Source of the DNA: Owenia fusiformis
Lineage: Eukaryota
Reading direction: 5' to 3'
DNA: 64,000 nucleotides
Assembly: GCA_903813345.2 (NCBI GenBank)
Contig: CAIIXF020000001.1
Span: 39,308,001 to 39,372,000 of the forward strand
A program made the position numbers and the translations under genes. The notes below the pieces were generated by a model, which saw nothing but the letters and a program-made list of their open reading frames with translations, ran no database searches and had not been told where the DNA came from. Below are positions 1 through 12,200 of this stretch, one piece after another; the first letter of the stretch is position 1, and every line of letters starts with the position of its first letter.

Positions 1-520
1 AAATTTAGTAATTTGTTTATTTTTGTCGTTAGGGCATGGTCTACATTGCCTAACGACCTCGGAGTATATAGATGTAACCTACATACGATCATAAAAGCCA
101 ATTGAGCATTGGAAACCACATAATATGTTCTACTTAAGCCATAATATTGTATTTTTAATTTGCGGTTACGCAAAAATTGATTGACGGTTACGCGAACCTC
201 GTTCAAATATGTATCCAAGATTCATTGTTATTAATTTTGTCATATTCATCAGTACTTGATGCTAATTCTTCTTTTGCCTCTTCATTGCTATCTTTTTGAC
301 TTGAATTGGTTTCATAAATAAAGCAAGACACAATTTTTCCTTGCCCTATAGAGGCTCAAACAAGAGCGTCTCATTATAACAATAACACGGAAAGAGGCTA
401 TCAGAACTAGCAACCTTAACTTGAAAGATGTACATGCACGTAACCGTCCGATAAATATCCAATGTACATCTAATACAATACGTTACCGTCTATAGAATCT
501 AACCGTCTAACGACATTGCG
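1..520 (+). mobile_element. Second, partial copy of the internal region of the 1684-2841 element
   Basis: 1-520 is near-identical to 1969-2489 (a handful of substitutions and one 1-bp indel). It is cut by the window start and diverges abruptly after 520. Confidence 0.9.
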
Positions 521-1683
521 TTTGAAACCTTATTATTTACAATATGACCGCAAACGTAAACCTTTACGTTCCCGTTTACGTACCATGAACAAAAGTGCTT
601 TAAGCTGAGCACTTTAGACGTAACGTAAACGTAAACCTCAAAATGTTTTTTACCTTTTTCTTAGTGGCCTTTTGTTTTATTTTCTACTTTTTGGCCTATT
701 TAAAAATATATAAAAATATTACTTTATCGACAAATTGATGGAAGTGTTTAACAGAAGAGATGTTTCACAGCCTGGCAGTGTTTTATGATATCTTGGCTAT
801 TACAACAATACAACATGTTGTCTCCATGCTGTTTTATTTAATTGTTGAACACAATATGTACAGTAGAATTAAGATGATTTGAGATGTGGGAATTGCCATG
901 TATGTAATCTCATCAGATTTTACAAATAATATGGGTGCCTCAATATTCAAGTTATAATTGATTAGATTGGACATAAATGATCTCGATATGTCCACAGATT
1001 TGTGTCAAACATATTCATGCATTCGACCTATATCATATTTATCTCGATCGAACTTGATAAAGTACTAAAAATCCTTTACGGAACGACCTACCTAAACTTT
1101 GATTTTTCACGTTTGGATGTACGTAAACCGGGAAATTAAAGTAGAACAATATGTGTAAAAACCTGTGTGCGCCTTCCCGTTCGCGGTTTACGTTGTAAAA
1201 AGTATTGTGCCTACGATTCTGTTACAATATACTTTTGATTGTGCTGAGCCTTTGTCCGTCTCGAGCATTTTCTCTTAAGATGTAACCTCCAGTTTCTTAC
1301 TAAGTTACTGAGTTCATTTTTTAAATACGCACTATTTTCCTAGATAATTTTGTAATAATAACGTCATGTTGGTGGCGTACCTTAGAAGTGTAGCCCATCT
1401 CAGTTAAGAAAAAATACTCACAGATTTGACCATACCGTACGCCTATTCATTATTAGCAATTTGTAAACTTCATCGTTAAAAAAATTAATCTTCGCAACCC
1501 CCCCTCTGTTTATTTTTCCGATCACAGGACATGGTTCAAGAACTATTATACTATTCTACAAATCACACGCATTTGCCACTTTTGGCAAATTGCTAGGCCA
1601 GTACAGAAAGTATAATTGTATAATGAAACATCGATTGAAAAATATATTTTGGGGTCTTGACATTCTTACGAAAATAGCTTATG

Positions 1684-2841
1684 CACGATGTTATAGCATG
1701 ACGGTTACGACACCTCTGAAAACGAGATTAGACGACTACGATCACTGATTTATCCAATCGAAAATGGCCGCGATGGAACAGAAAACTAAGGTTGGTGCAT
1801 TATTTTCTTATACTGTGTTTCAATGAAAGGATGGACGATTTTTGTAGGCATCGCATTCGGTGATGCACTTAGTAATGTATATTTTGAGCGCATTCCTTTG
1901 CAAATTGATGCCCGAGGATAACATGAAATAAGCGAAAAACCGCTGAGTTTGAAATTCAAAACTACACAAAATTTAGTAATTTGTTTATTTTTGTCGTTAG
2001 GGCATGGTCTACATTGCCTAACGACCTCGGAGTATATAGATGTAACCTACATACGATCATAAAAGCCAATTGAGCATTGGAAACCACATAATATGTTCTA
2101 CTTAAGCCATAATATTGTATTTTTAATTTGCGGTTACGCAAAAAATTGATTGACGGTTACGCGAACCTCGATCAAATATGTATCCCAGATTCATTGTTAT
2201 TCATTTTGTCATATTCATCAGTACTTGATGCTAATTCTTCTTTTGCCTCTTCATTGCTATCTTTTTGACTTGAATTGGTTTCATAAATAAAGCAAGACAC
2301 AATTTTCCCTTGCCCTATAGAGGCTCAAACAAGAGCGTATCATTATAACAATAACACGGAAAGAGGCTATCAGAACTAGCAACCTTAACTTGAAAGATGT
2401 ACATGCACGTAACCGTCCGCTAAATATCCAATGTACATCTAATACAATACGTTACCGTCTATAGAATCTAACCGTCTAACGACATTGCGACATGGCTTGT
2501 TTATACACAGTTTACTTACTGTTAATAGTTTGAGTGGCTCTGAGGCACATATACTGAGAAATCACGAGAATGGACTAAAAAATATGAACTTGGACATCTC
2601 AGTCGGTAAGTTTATAGCTTATATTCCGCTTCTAGTAAACCACCTGGCAGATTTGACCCAGTCTTTATAACCATCCATATACCCGTCACCGAATGGAACT
2701 AGTTGAAAAGGAAATCTTATCTGTGAATCTTGCCTACAGGCGAGAAAGAGGCAATCTGTCTTTCAAATCCGCCATTTTTGTTATCGTTACCGCAAAATTT
2801 TGCAAATCGCATTGTCGTAACCGTCATGCTATAACACCGTG
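1684..2841. mobile_element. Non-autonomous DNA transposon, Transib/RAG-like termini
   Basis: 29-bp TIRs CACGATGTTATAGCATGACGGTTACGACA (1684-1712) and the reverse complement of 2813-2841 (CACGGTG...), 1 mismatch. 5-bp TSD TTATG at 1679-1683 and 2842-2846. No transposase ORF. Confidence 0.85.
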
Positions 2842-3599
2842 TTATGGTTCCTTTCTAACCGACAAAACTTCTTCTTCATGAATGGCAACTCTTTCATTGT
2901 TCAGTTACGTTGCTGTTATATAAAATAGGAAGCTTAAGCTTGCAATCTTTTTCACAACCTAAACGTGAACGGAAAATATTTAAGGGGTGTGCATTTGAAT
3001 GGGCGATTGGTCATACGTATAGGTTGGCGTTTCGATTTTATATCATAAGTTTAAACTCCCTATTTAAATATGAAACAACGTCTTCCAAGGCACTGGGGAT
3101 CAACAGGGGACAGGGGTAAAACGAATATCACGTTCTGATCTCAGTATAACTGTACTATTAATGAATGGGACCAACTGAATCGCAGAAACCCAAGGATCAT
3201 TTATTTTCATTATTCAATTGACTATGGACCTTTCCCCGGGAAAAGAGGCCCATGGATAAAAAGAACTCTGTCCATGGGTGACGTAGGTTTAATTCTAAGT
3301 TTCTGTAGATTCTTATGTTCAAAAACCTCTATTCTTTATGTTCCATCACTAATGTATACCACGTCTAGTATTCATTACTTTTTTAATTAATTGAAAAGGG
3401 CATTCATTGGGATGCTGTGGATTTATTCCTTTTGAACAGTTGTAAGCCTACGCGTATACTTTATATGGTTCCTCTGTCTGTACGTTTCTTTAAAACAGTT
3501 TGTTCATCTCAAGTTTGCAACACAACAATTTGGATATCACGTAGACAAGCATACCGCGTTTTCTTCACAACGATTCGGATATCTCTAGATTGTAAATAA

Positions 3600-4221
3600 C
3601 AGGTCCCTCGTAATATGTGGGTGTTTCTTGTGGCGCGTCATGACGAAAACGATTTACGCACAAGGTGGTTATTCATCCGCAATTGAAATATAGTCATCAG
3701 TTTTTTTCATAGGTGTTCCTGTCAGTGGTGGATTTGATGAACAAGATTATATTGAAGGTGGAAATAACTCTTGATAAAATCTTGTCTTAAAATAATTTAA
3801 TGCAAATGAGAATATTTATCAAAGCTGCGAATCCACGCATTAATTTGATAATTTTACGTAGTTCCGGATAGTACACTGTAACATTTACCGTTTCACATCA
3901 AAATGTAAATAAAAGTGTAAATATAAGGGTACATTTTCAACATTTTACACTAAAATCTAATCAAAAAGTACTATACTATTCTTGGGGACATTAATCATCA
4001 ACTGGATTATCTGTAAATAATACTATAAGAGGAAAATAACTCTTTCTAAAAGTGTCAACATTTTGACTTGTGAACTTTTGAAAAGTGGACTTTTTAGGAG
4101 CGAGTGGAATAAATTGTATACCCACCGACTGGACAATTTCATCGAGTGACTTGAATATTGGATATACAGAGAATATACTAGACGACTCGTCACTCACTAA
4201 GAATTATAACATCTAGATGTG
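3600..4221 (+). promoter_or_regulatory. Putative promoter and non-coding first exon of the Lar gene
   Basis: Non-repetitive, CpG-retaining segment with an Inr-like TCAGTT at 3697-3702 and a consensus donor TG|GTAAGT at 4221/4222. CpG becomes visibly scarce downstream of about 5.5 kb. The TSS position is a guess. Confidence 0.45.
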
Positions 4222-4441
4222 GTAAGTATACAGTTTTCTATTTTTACTTCAATGTATCGGTACTTTGTCATTGCGCTATTATGACATTGGATTATATTTC
4301 CGATTCACGATGTCCGCCACATTTGTTTTTGGAATTTGAAAAAATGGAAATCTCCAACGTGTGAGATGGCTGACCCTGGAAATATGAATTATCGGCAATT
4401 GTCGAATAAATAACCCCATGGTCGGACTAGCCTCCATTTAA

Positions 4442-5097
4442 CCTTTAGCATGCTGCCTTATTCAGCAAATATATCCCACGCGACTGGACTAAATAATTAA
4501 TATCTCAATAACTACTGAATGTTTCTGGATAAAATTTTCACAAAAAGAAGATACACTGGCATGGCTCATGAAAAAATGTTCTAATGAATTTTTTTCGTAA
4601 ATAAATATGACTTGGCATAAATATACAATGAATACTCCTCCGGAATCTGCTTCTTCGCCCCTGGGAAGATTAAACGTCTGGTCAGAATCCAAAACTGAAT
4701 TTGCAGCAGTTCAACTTTTCAGTTCAGAAAATATTCTAGTTTCTATTTTCGATGACCTTTATCGGCTTCCAAGAGCGTTAAGAGGTTTGAAATCACAATC
4801 CATTTTCTCCACATTTTCGTTGTGATCGTAGTTGGCCACAATTTTGTATGACTTGTTCACTAAAAATGACTAAAAAACTGTTTAAATTGTTGAATTGGGA
4901 ATTATTTTTCGAAAGATCGCCATTTCTAGGTCAACAGGAAGTCACGTAGGGCACTGAATAAATCGTGAAATCTAATTGGATCATAAGAATGGCGCGAAAA
5001 AGTTTTTAAAAGTTTAAACTCGGATGGATGGATCCTCCAGCAGTCACTCTGGATAATAAAGCGCGGGCTGATACACTTGCTGGCAGCATGCTAAAGG
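4442..5097. mobile_element. Non-autonomous piggyBac-type element
   Basis: Perfect 16-bp TIRs CCTTTAGCATGCTGCC (4442-4457) / GGCAGCATGCTAAAGG (5082-5097), flanked by TTAA at 4438-4441 and 5098-5101. Confidence 0.9.
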
Positions 5098-5149
5098 TTA
5101 ACAGACACAATATGAATATAAAGCAACAAATGAATCTTTCTCACATATA

Positions 5150-5386
5150 GGGGGCCTCCGTCGAACTTCGACATATGGGGTACTTAGTCCTGGGGCTACC
5201 TCAACTATGATGTTTTTTACCATGGTCGATAGCTTAAATTTCCGGATTCAGCCATTTTGGATTAAGATCTCACCTATTGGAGATTTCCATTTGATTTCAA
5301 AAAAATTTCTTAGCTGGCTCACAAGCCATGGTAGAAAAAGCACTGTGACAAAGTAAATCCAAACTTAAAGTTCGATGGAAGACTTC
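5150..5386. mobile_element. Degenerate MITE-like inverted-repeat element
   Basis: Imperfect terminal IR (ctccgtcgaactt vs aagttcgatggaag) and an internal IR (tttttaccatgg vs ccatggtagaaaaa), with TA on both flanks. Confidence 0.45.
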
Positions 5387-8300
5387 TAGTAAAAAATCAG
5401 ATTTTTTTTACTTCTATTTCGATGGTCTATCTGGATGAATTGTTTGTAAAATGAGTCATTTATTTCTTTAAGATTTATTCATATGGGGTTTTCAAGTGTT
5501 ATTATTTCTAATGTTTTGTTTGAAAGGAAATGTAATTGACATTCTAAAATTTCTTTAGGTACACAAGAACTGTATGTAACCATGTTACTAACCATCTACC
5601 CCCTGTAGATATACTATTGAGTATGTTTCTCTTTGTATATATACTTGTATAAAAAATAATTGATTATTCTTTATTTGATCTGGCAACTCAGCATATTCTT
5701 ATTGTTAAACAGGATATAACTGCTTTGAAGTATGTACATATATGATTTGTATAAAATGAAATGTTTTTCAGATTTAGGATTGCTGAAAGTAAAGCCCTTA
5801 TACTCGCTAATGTTGATTTTTTAATATGGAACAAGTACATTCATTAATTGCCTATTACATGAACAATCTTTTCAGATTTTAGATGAATTTGAAGAAATAA
5901 GAAGTATTCCCTAGGAAATCTTTTTGGTAAATTACCTTTTAATTTGGACAAAGTTCACCCTATCAGCTAACTGTTTTTTATGTGATGTTTCAGTATCAGT
6001 ATCACTGCCTGCCGGCAAAGCTGTCAACCAAACAGAAAACAGCAGCATTTGAGGCTTTTGATAACCCCCCATAAGCTTTACACTGATACATGCTCATATT
6101 GCAGAATGTTGGTGTTTAACAAGTTGATGAATTATCAGGATTTATGATAAGCTCTTTTTTATGCAAGAGGTAGTTAAAATGAAGGAAATAAATTTTCATG
6201 ATTGAATGATATTTTGTGCACATGAAACATTCTAGTGTTTTTTGACAATACTTATTGATGCTTTAACAGCATCTTTTGAATAAAATAATTAACATGATTA
6301 CTATATTTACAATACCATAACGTAACTGAACTATGTAAGTATCAGCTAGAATCCATTTTTTCCAAAGTATATTACTCAAATTTGTACATTTTCACAGACT
6401 CATGGTAGGATTAAACTGCATCCTCTAAATATTTGTATCGTGAGAGGATTTTTTAGAAATTGTCTAATTACATTTATATTGTGTTCATTTTATAAAACAG
6501 GAAGGGGGTTTGGTCTTTTCTCCATCCTAGGTTTGAACAATTATCAGAATGTCCTTTTTGTAAAATTGAGTATATTTGAAGTGTTAAAATTGATGATAGT
6601 AAACTTCAATTTATGATAAGGTTTAACAACAATTTTTGATAAGTTTTATTGAAACATGAGATGGGTTGTGACTGAGACTTAACTAAACCTAAGATAAAAG
6701 TGGATGTGTAACTCCCTATTCCAGCTCTGTTAAAAATGTTTTGATCTTGAGTTATTCAGAAATGTTCCCAAAATATATTTGAACTACAATTAACAAATAC
6801 CATTTCTTATTGTATTTGTGGAATTGTGTGCAATGAAGCAGTAAACGCTCTTTGAAACTTCTACTCTTCAGTTATTGGATCACATATATGTCACACTGCA
6901 CTATAATAACAGAAATATTTATTTCTGAATAGAGGTGAGGAGTTTTGCAACTTAAATTAATATATTTGGACCACCAGCATGCATTTTACCATTTTAGAAC
7001 AATCCAATGATGTTGCATTGGTTTCAATATCATTCCTTAAAATCTTACTTTTGTTATTAGCTCATCAATATGTACAATATTTTTGAATTATGTTAAATCC
7101 TGAATATAATGTATCTTTCTACAGAAACCATATGTTATTGGATCTATACTGTGTTTGTATTAATATGCTTTAAATATTTCAGAAATAACTAGAAATCATT
7201 AACATAGGTCCTCTGCTACCCTTCATAAGTAGGCATATTTTAGACCCTTTCTCCTAGATTGGATTGAAAAGGAACACTACCAGTCTTTCAATCTCTCCAG
7301 AATGTTATAAATGGATGCTGATAAAATTTGATATATTTTTTACGTCCTTTTTTCATCCAGGTGGTTAAATGACATGCCAACATTTCACACTTTCAAGGTA
7401 TATTCCCCATATGAGTCATTTGCATTTTTCAATAGCATTTCCCCATAGAGCTGTTATTTCCTATTTTTGGCGACATTGTACAATATTGAAAGTTGGCTCT
7501 TAAATTCTCAATACAAGGACATGAGAGTGTGTATTGACAGATTAGTAAAGCAAGTGTGAGAGCCCAGACAGAAGTTCAAAAGGGCCGTTGCTATAAAATT
7601 GTTTATTTGTATAGCTTTCTATGAGGTTAAAATGACATTCTCTTTCTGTGAGAATCTGTTGAATTTTTGAGTTTAATGTTACATCTATTGATGATTCATA
7701 ATACTTGAAATCACGCTATCAGATTATCCTTTAATATTTGTCTTAAAACATGTTCGGAATACATTGTAGAAAAGGTATACAAATTTGTATAATGAATATT
7801 CAGTTCCATTCTTCACCTATTTGTAACCCAAAACATTTGCATAAGACCATACTCTATAAATAATCTTGCTTTTGTTGGATTCACCACTTAAGTTTATGAA
7901 ATCATATTTGTCAGGTAATTGGATTTTTGAGAGTGTTTTAAGTCATATTCTAATCGTTCATGTAATTGACAATGTTAGTTCCATACTAGTTTTATATTGC
8001 AAATGCTATTGTATGTGAATGGCATCAAGATCTGACATACTTCATGTTACACTTCTAATATATAATATAGATTTCTTATTATTCAATCAGTTGAAATTCC
8101 CTGTTGGGAGAGTGGTCAAAAGTCCAGTGGAACATGGTGCTAGTAGGATGTGTAGAGTTGTAGATGATTCAGTTTATTCTTGAATAATTAGTGATGAAAG
8201 GCTCCCTAAATGAGTTAACACATCTCTGCAGAGTATTGCTACTTACAGGCCTGGCTAACCCAACTAATCCACGTTGCTTCAAGAAATTGATTTCATCAAA

Positions 8301-9051
8301 TTAGGACTCCTCGAACACAAAATTATAATACGAATGACAATCATAGTACAAGGCTCTCCTACATTTAAATCTCTCTGGCGCAGTACATTTAATCAATTCC
8401 TAACAACCCGATTTACCTTCATCAATTTCTAACAATGATTCAGAATTCTAAGATGTTGGACTAAAGACCTCCAAAATCGAGAAGAGGGTATTGTGGAACA
8501 ATGTATTGTTGTAACCAATGGTATACCAATAACCAATATGAATAACATTCGCATTGCTTTCAAAGTTCCATTTCATGTTTAATGTATATCATATACTTGA
8601 GACATTTGTATTTTGTAAAAATGTGTTGATTTATATTGAGACTGTTCAAAGGAGATGAGAAATCAATGAAATCATTGACCCAATGTTGAATCAACGGTTA
8701 CACATTATAACCTGAACATTCCTGTACACATGATGGGAATCGCAATCTACCAAATTAGAAAAGTCTTGAATATAGATTGATTCCATTAGCCTGCCTATAA
8801 TCACCATAATATAATTGTTGCCTCTACTAATCATGTTATTATGTGTTTGTCATTGGGGTTTCTCATCTTACTCCATATGGTAGGCTGGATAATAATGTTC
8901 AAAGAGGGGAGGAGTGTCATCAATAAGTCAGTGATCTCTCCAAGATTTTTCTTAACTGGGTTCTAAATTCTAATTTCACCTGATTTGATCAAATTATTTC
9001 AATATTCCATTCTTTGACAGACTGCACTGCAAACAAATTTTCAATGGGGTG

Positions 9052-9263
9052 CAGGCCCGTAGCCAGGATTTGCCAAGGGGGGGGTTCACTTTTTGAAAAA
9101 TTCCAGGGGTGGTTCACTTTTGACAATTTTGGTTCAAAAATGGCCAAAATCACTTAAAAAGTGTTCAGAATGATAAAAAACTGCATGATTTTGAAATAAT
9201 TTTTGGCCAGAGGGGGGGGGGGGTTCGCTCGAACCCATCAAACTCCTCCTGGCTAAGGGCCTG
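9052..9263. mobile_element. MITE with CAGG termini and 5-bp flanking direct repeat
   Basis: TIRs CAGGCCCGTAGCCAGG / CCTGGCTAAGGGCCTG (1 mismatch). GGGTG at 9047-9051 and 9264-9268. Internal G-run repeats (ggttcactttt twice). Confidence 0.8.
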
Positions 9264-12200
9264 GGGTGGCATGTCATTTTGCATTCTATACAGGATGCAT
9301 CACCTAGTTGTAATGCTGTAATTCTAGCAAATAAGAGAAATGGAACTTGGCAAGCATTACCTTCTCTGAAGATGTAGTATGAATAACACATAGGAGGGAA
9401 GTATGGTATAATCAATACAAGTTCAGATAAAACCCACATTTTTACAACATAAAACTCTAGTCCCAGAGTATAGGGTCAGAGATATAATATATAATTATAG
9501 AGTATAGCATAGACCAGATGAAAACTTCAAGTTTGACATATATTCACAGTCTGAAATGTTACAGACATGAAATCATTAGTGGCAGGGAAATGATTATTTT
9601 GATTGCTAATTGCAGAGAACATAAGCATTAATTGACTTAGGAGTTATCTATAATTTTATAACATGATGCCATCCTGTAGAGATATCATCTAGATAATGCT
9701 CCTGTGTATTGGTAGAGACCTGAGGACTGCTATGCTGTCTGTCACAAGCCAGATAGAATTAGGTTTACTTCAGGCCTACCTTTAGTATAACATTCATCAG
9801 TTGTTTTTTAAGATTTAGAAATAAAGAACATACTGGTTATGGGCATATTATATACATGTATTATACATATATGATAACTAAGAACTAAGATGTTGAAGGA
9901 AGGAGGAGGAGAGATGATTAAATGAAAAGAATTGCAGGATTTATGAAAATATATGTGCTTATGTATGATCCAAGGATTTTATGTTAAAGTTAGTAGTTAC
10001 TGTGTTTCATCAGTTCATAGACATTCTAAGTTTAAAGTAAATAAACCTCCCTCTGACCATTCACTGGTCCAGCTATCTCACATTCCTATTCACTCATTCA
10101 ACACTTCAATTAATATCAAACCATTTATCACTGGTGCATTTTTTCTTTCAATTTTTTCATATGTGTGTATGACCAGTCAGTCTGTATGTTTCACTAAAAG
10201 GTTAAATGATATTAATTTTGCTTGGGGATTGAATCGACCTTTATCTTTAAACACATTAAAATGGTCACTGTGTTTTCACAAACATCTAAATATACCAGTT
10301 GGGTTATAAATAGGTTGAATTTGAAGTGAAGAAAACCCGATTCTGGTTTTTCGCTTGTTACCTGATTGCAAGAGAGTTTATGCATGATAATAAGAGAAAA
10401 TGTGATGCCACAATAATTAAACGAAAATAAACTTGTGTTTACATAAACCACTGATTTGTTTTTCATTAATAAAAGCAATCACTTGAAAAATATTGGCAGA
10501 AAACTTTCATTTATTATAATCTTAACTGATTATTACAGACTTTTATTGGTGAATAATATCATTTTATACTTTTAATGACTTCTATTCAGCTAAATATTGA
10601 GTAAATTTACCGAGAATACCTTGAACCAATATTCAACGACTTTTTATGGGCAATACGTGCATTCTTCTGAACACCATTCCAAAACATATGCTTATGAAAT
10701 TCTTATGCTCCTTTGTAAAGTCTGACGATCCTTAATTCAATATTTTGAGGAATAATGCTTTAATTTCTAGAACTTATATGCGCTGATACAACAATGTAAT
10801 ATAATGCAACTAATACCTCATTAATGTTTTGTGTGAAGGATGCGACTAAAATAAAAATAGATATTCAGTAACTGATATTGATATCTATATTACACCTTAT
10901 GTGGCATGTGGACTTGATATGTTTAGTGTGTAATATCTTCCTTTGCCAATAGACCTGACCCAATTCAGTATATCCAACAAAATGGCAGCTGTTCTATAAT
11001 TCATGTTTGACCATTATGTCTCAATTCTGAAAGCATAGTGACTCATACAGATTAGAGAACCAAACATTGAGATGCCTGTCATATTTTTAGTTCTATCATT
11101 CTATTTTCTATTATCTTTGTGTTGATCCAATTTTAGATTGCGAAATTCAACATAAATCACCTTCAACGTCTGATGAGATTTCAGGCCATCAAATTGAGAT
11201 AGTATGAACACCTCATGTAATAAGCTACATTGGTAACAGAAACCTATATTGGAGAATATTGGTTCTGCCTTGGAATTATTCTACTGAATAAGATTGTCAG
11301 ATCAATTAAAAGGATAATTCCTCTATTAGAGAATTAGCTGTATTCGTAATGAGCTTGTCAATTGATATAGTGTAACAAGAATGGAAAGGTCTGATCACTA
11401 GTATGATATAGTGGTATATAGACATGCAGTAATATCATTATTATAGGCTTATCTGCCATTAGAAGGGGTAAGGGTTTGAGTTGTAATGTCTGTAGTTTAT
11501 ATCAAGTCCATACACCTCTACCTGTATTCTTCAGATGGGGTACTTTATACGGGGGAGGGGGGGGGTTACAATTTGCTCGAAGCAATTCTCGATGTGAGAT
11601 GTAGTTAGCAAAATAGACAGATGTGATATGGCTCTGGTACAGATATGCATCTCCTGAAAATATTCTTTGGCAATTTGCTATATATGATCTAATCAATTAG
11701 AATCGGTCACATCATCAGAAAGGCTTTTACTCATTAGTTTTCTTTAACTTGGATGATATCTTTATAAGTTGATATCGAGATCATCAGTATATTTCATGCA
11801 TTATATACATGCTGTAAAACTGTTTTAGAAGGCTCTCATATTCATATGCTTGAACCTACTTACTTTCAATCCCATAGAGTCTTAAATAGAAAGAAATGCA
11901 TGAAACATTGTTCGTTCAATTACAACGAGAAAGGACTTGTAATATAACAGGAACATCTTATAATAGGACTCAGTATGCATCGGAAGTGCTATTTTAATCA
12001 GAAGCATTTGATGCTATTTGCCTATTTAATACTGCTTATTCATTGAGGCTCATACTCTCTGGTGAGTCAATGGAGCCATGAAATGTCATATATTTGCATG
12101 CATCAGCATTGACAAATCATTGGGGATGTTTTGATGTATGACTTCATTGAAGTGCTCGCTCTTAGTCTTGCATCAAGACCAGGCACCCATTGTGGGATCC

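Noticed and set aside
1684..2841. Genuine 12/23 RSS pair or RAG coding sequence
   Set aside because: No nonamer at 12 or 23 bp from either heptamer and no RAG1/RAG2-like ORF in the window. Only the heptamer and TSD resemblance is supported.
5760..6340. Possible additional 5' UTR exons (several tttcAG acceptors, donor GTAAGT near 6335)
   Set aside because: Non-coding exons cannot be delimited without transcript data.
8247..8447. Minus-strand exon-like 201-nt segment ending in a GTAAGT donor (ESLLEIDEGK...GLVGLARP)
   Set aside because: Two in-frame stops and no recognisable homology. It cannot be distinguished from chance without BLASTX.
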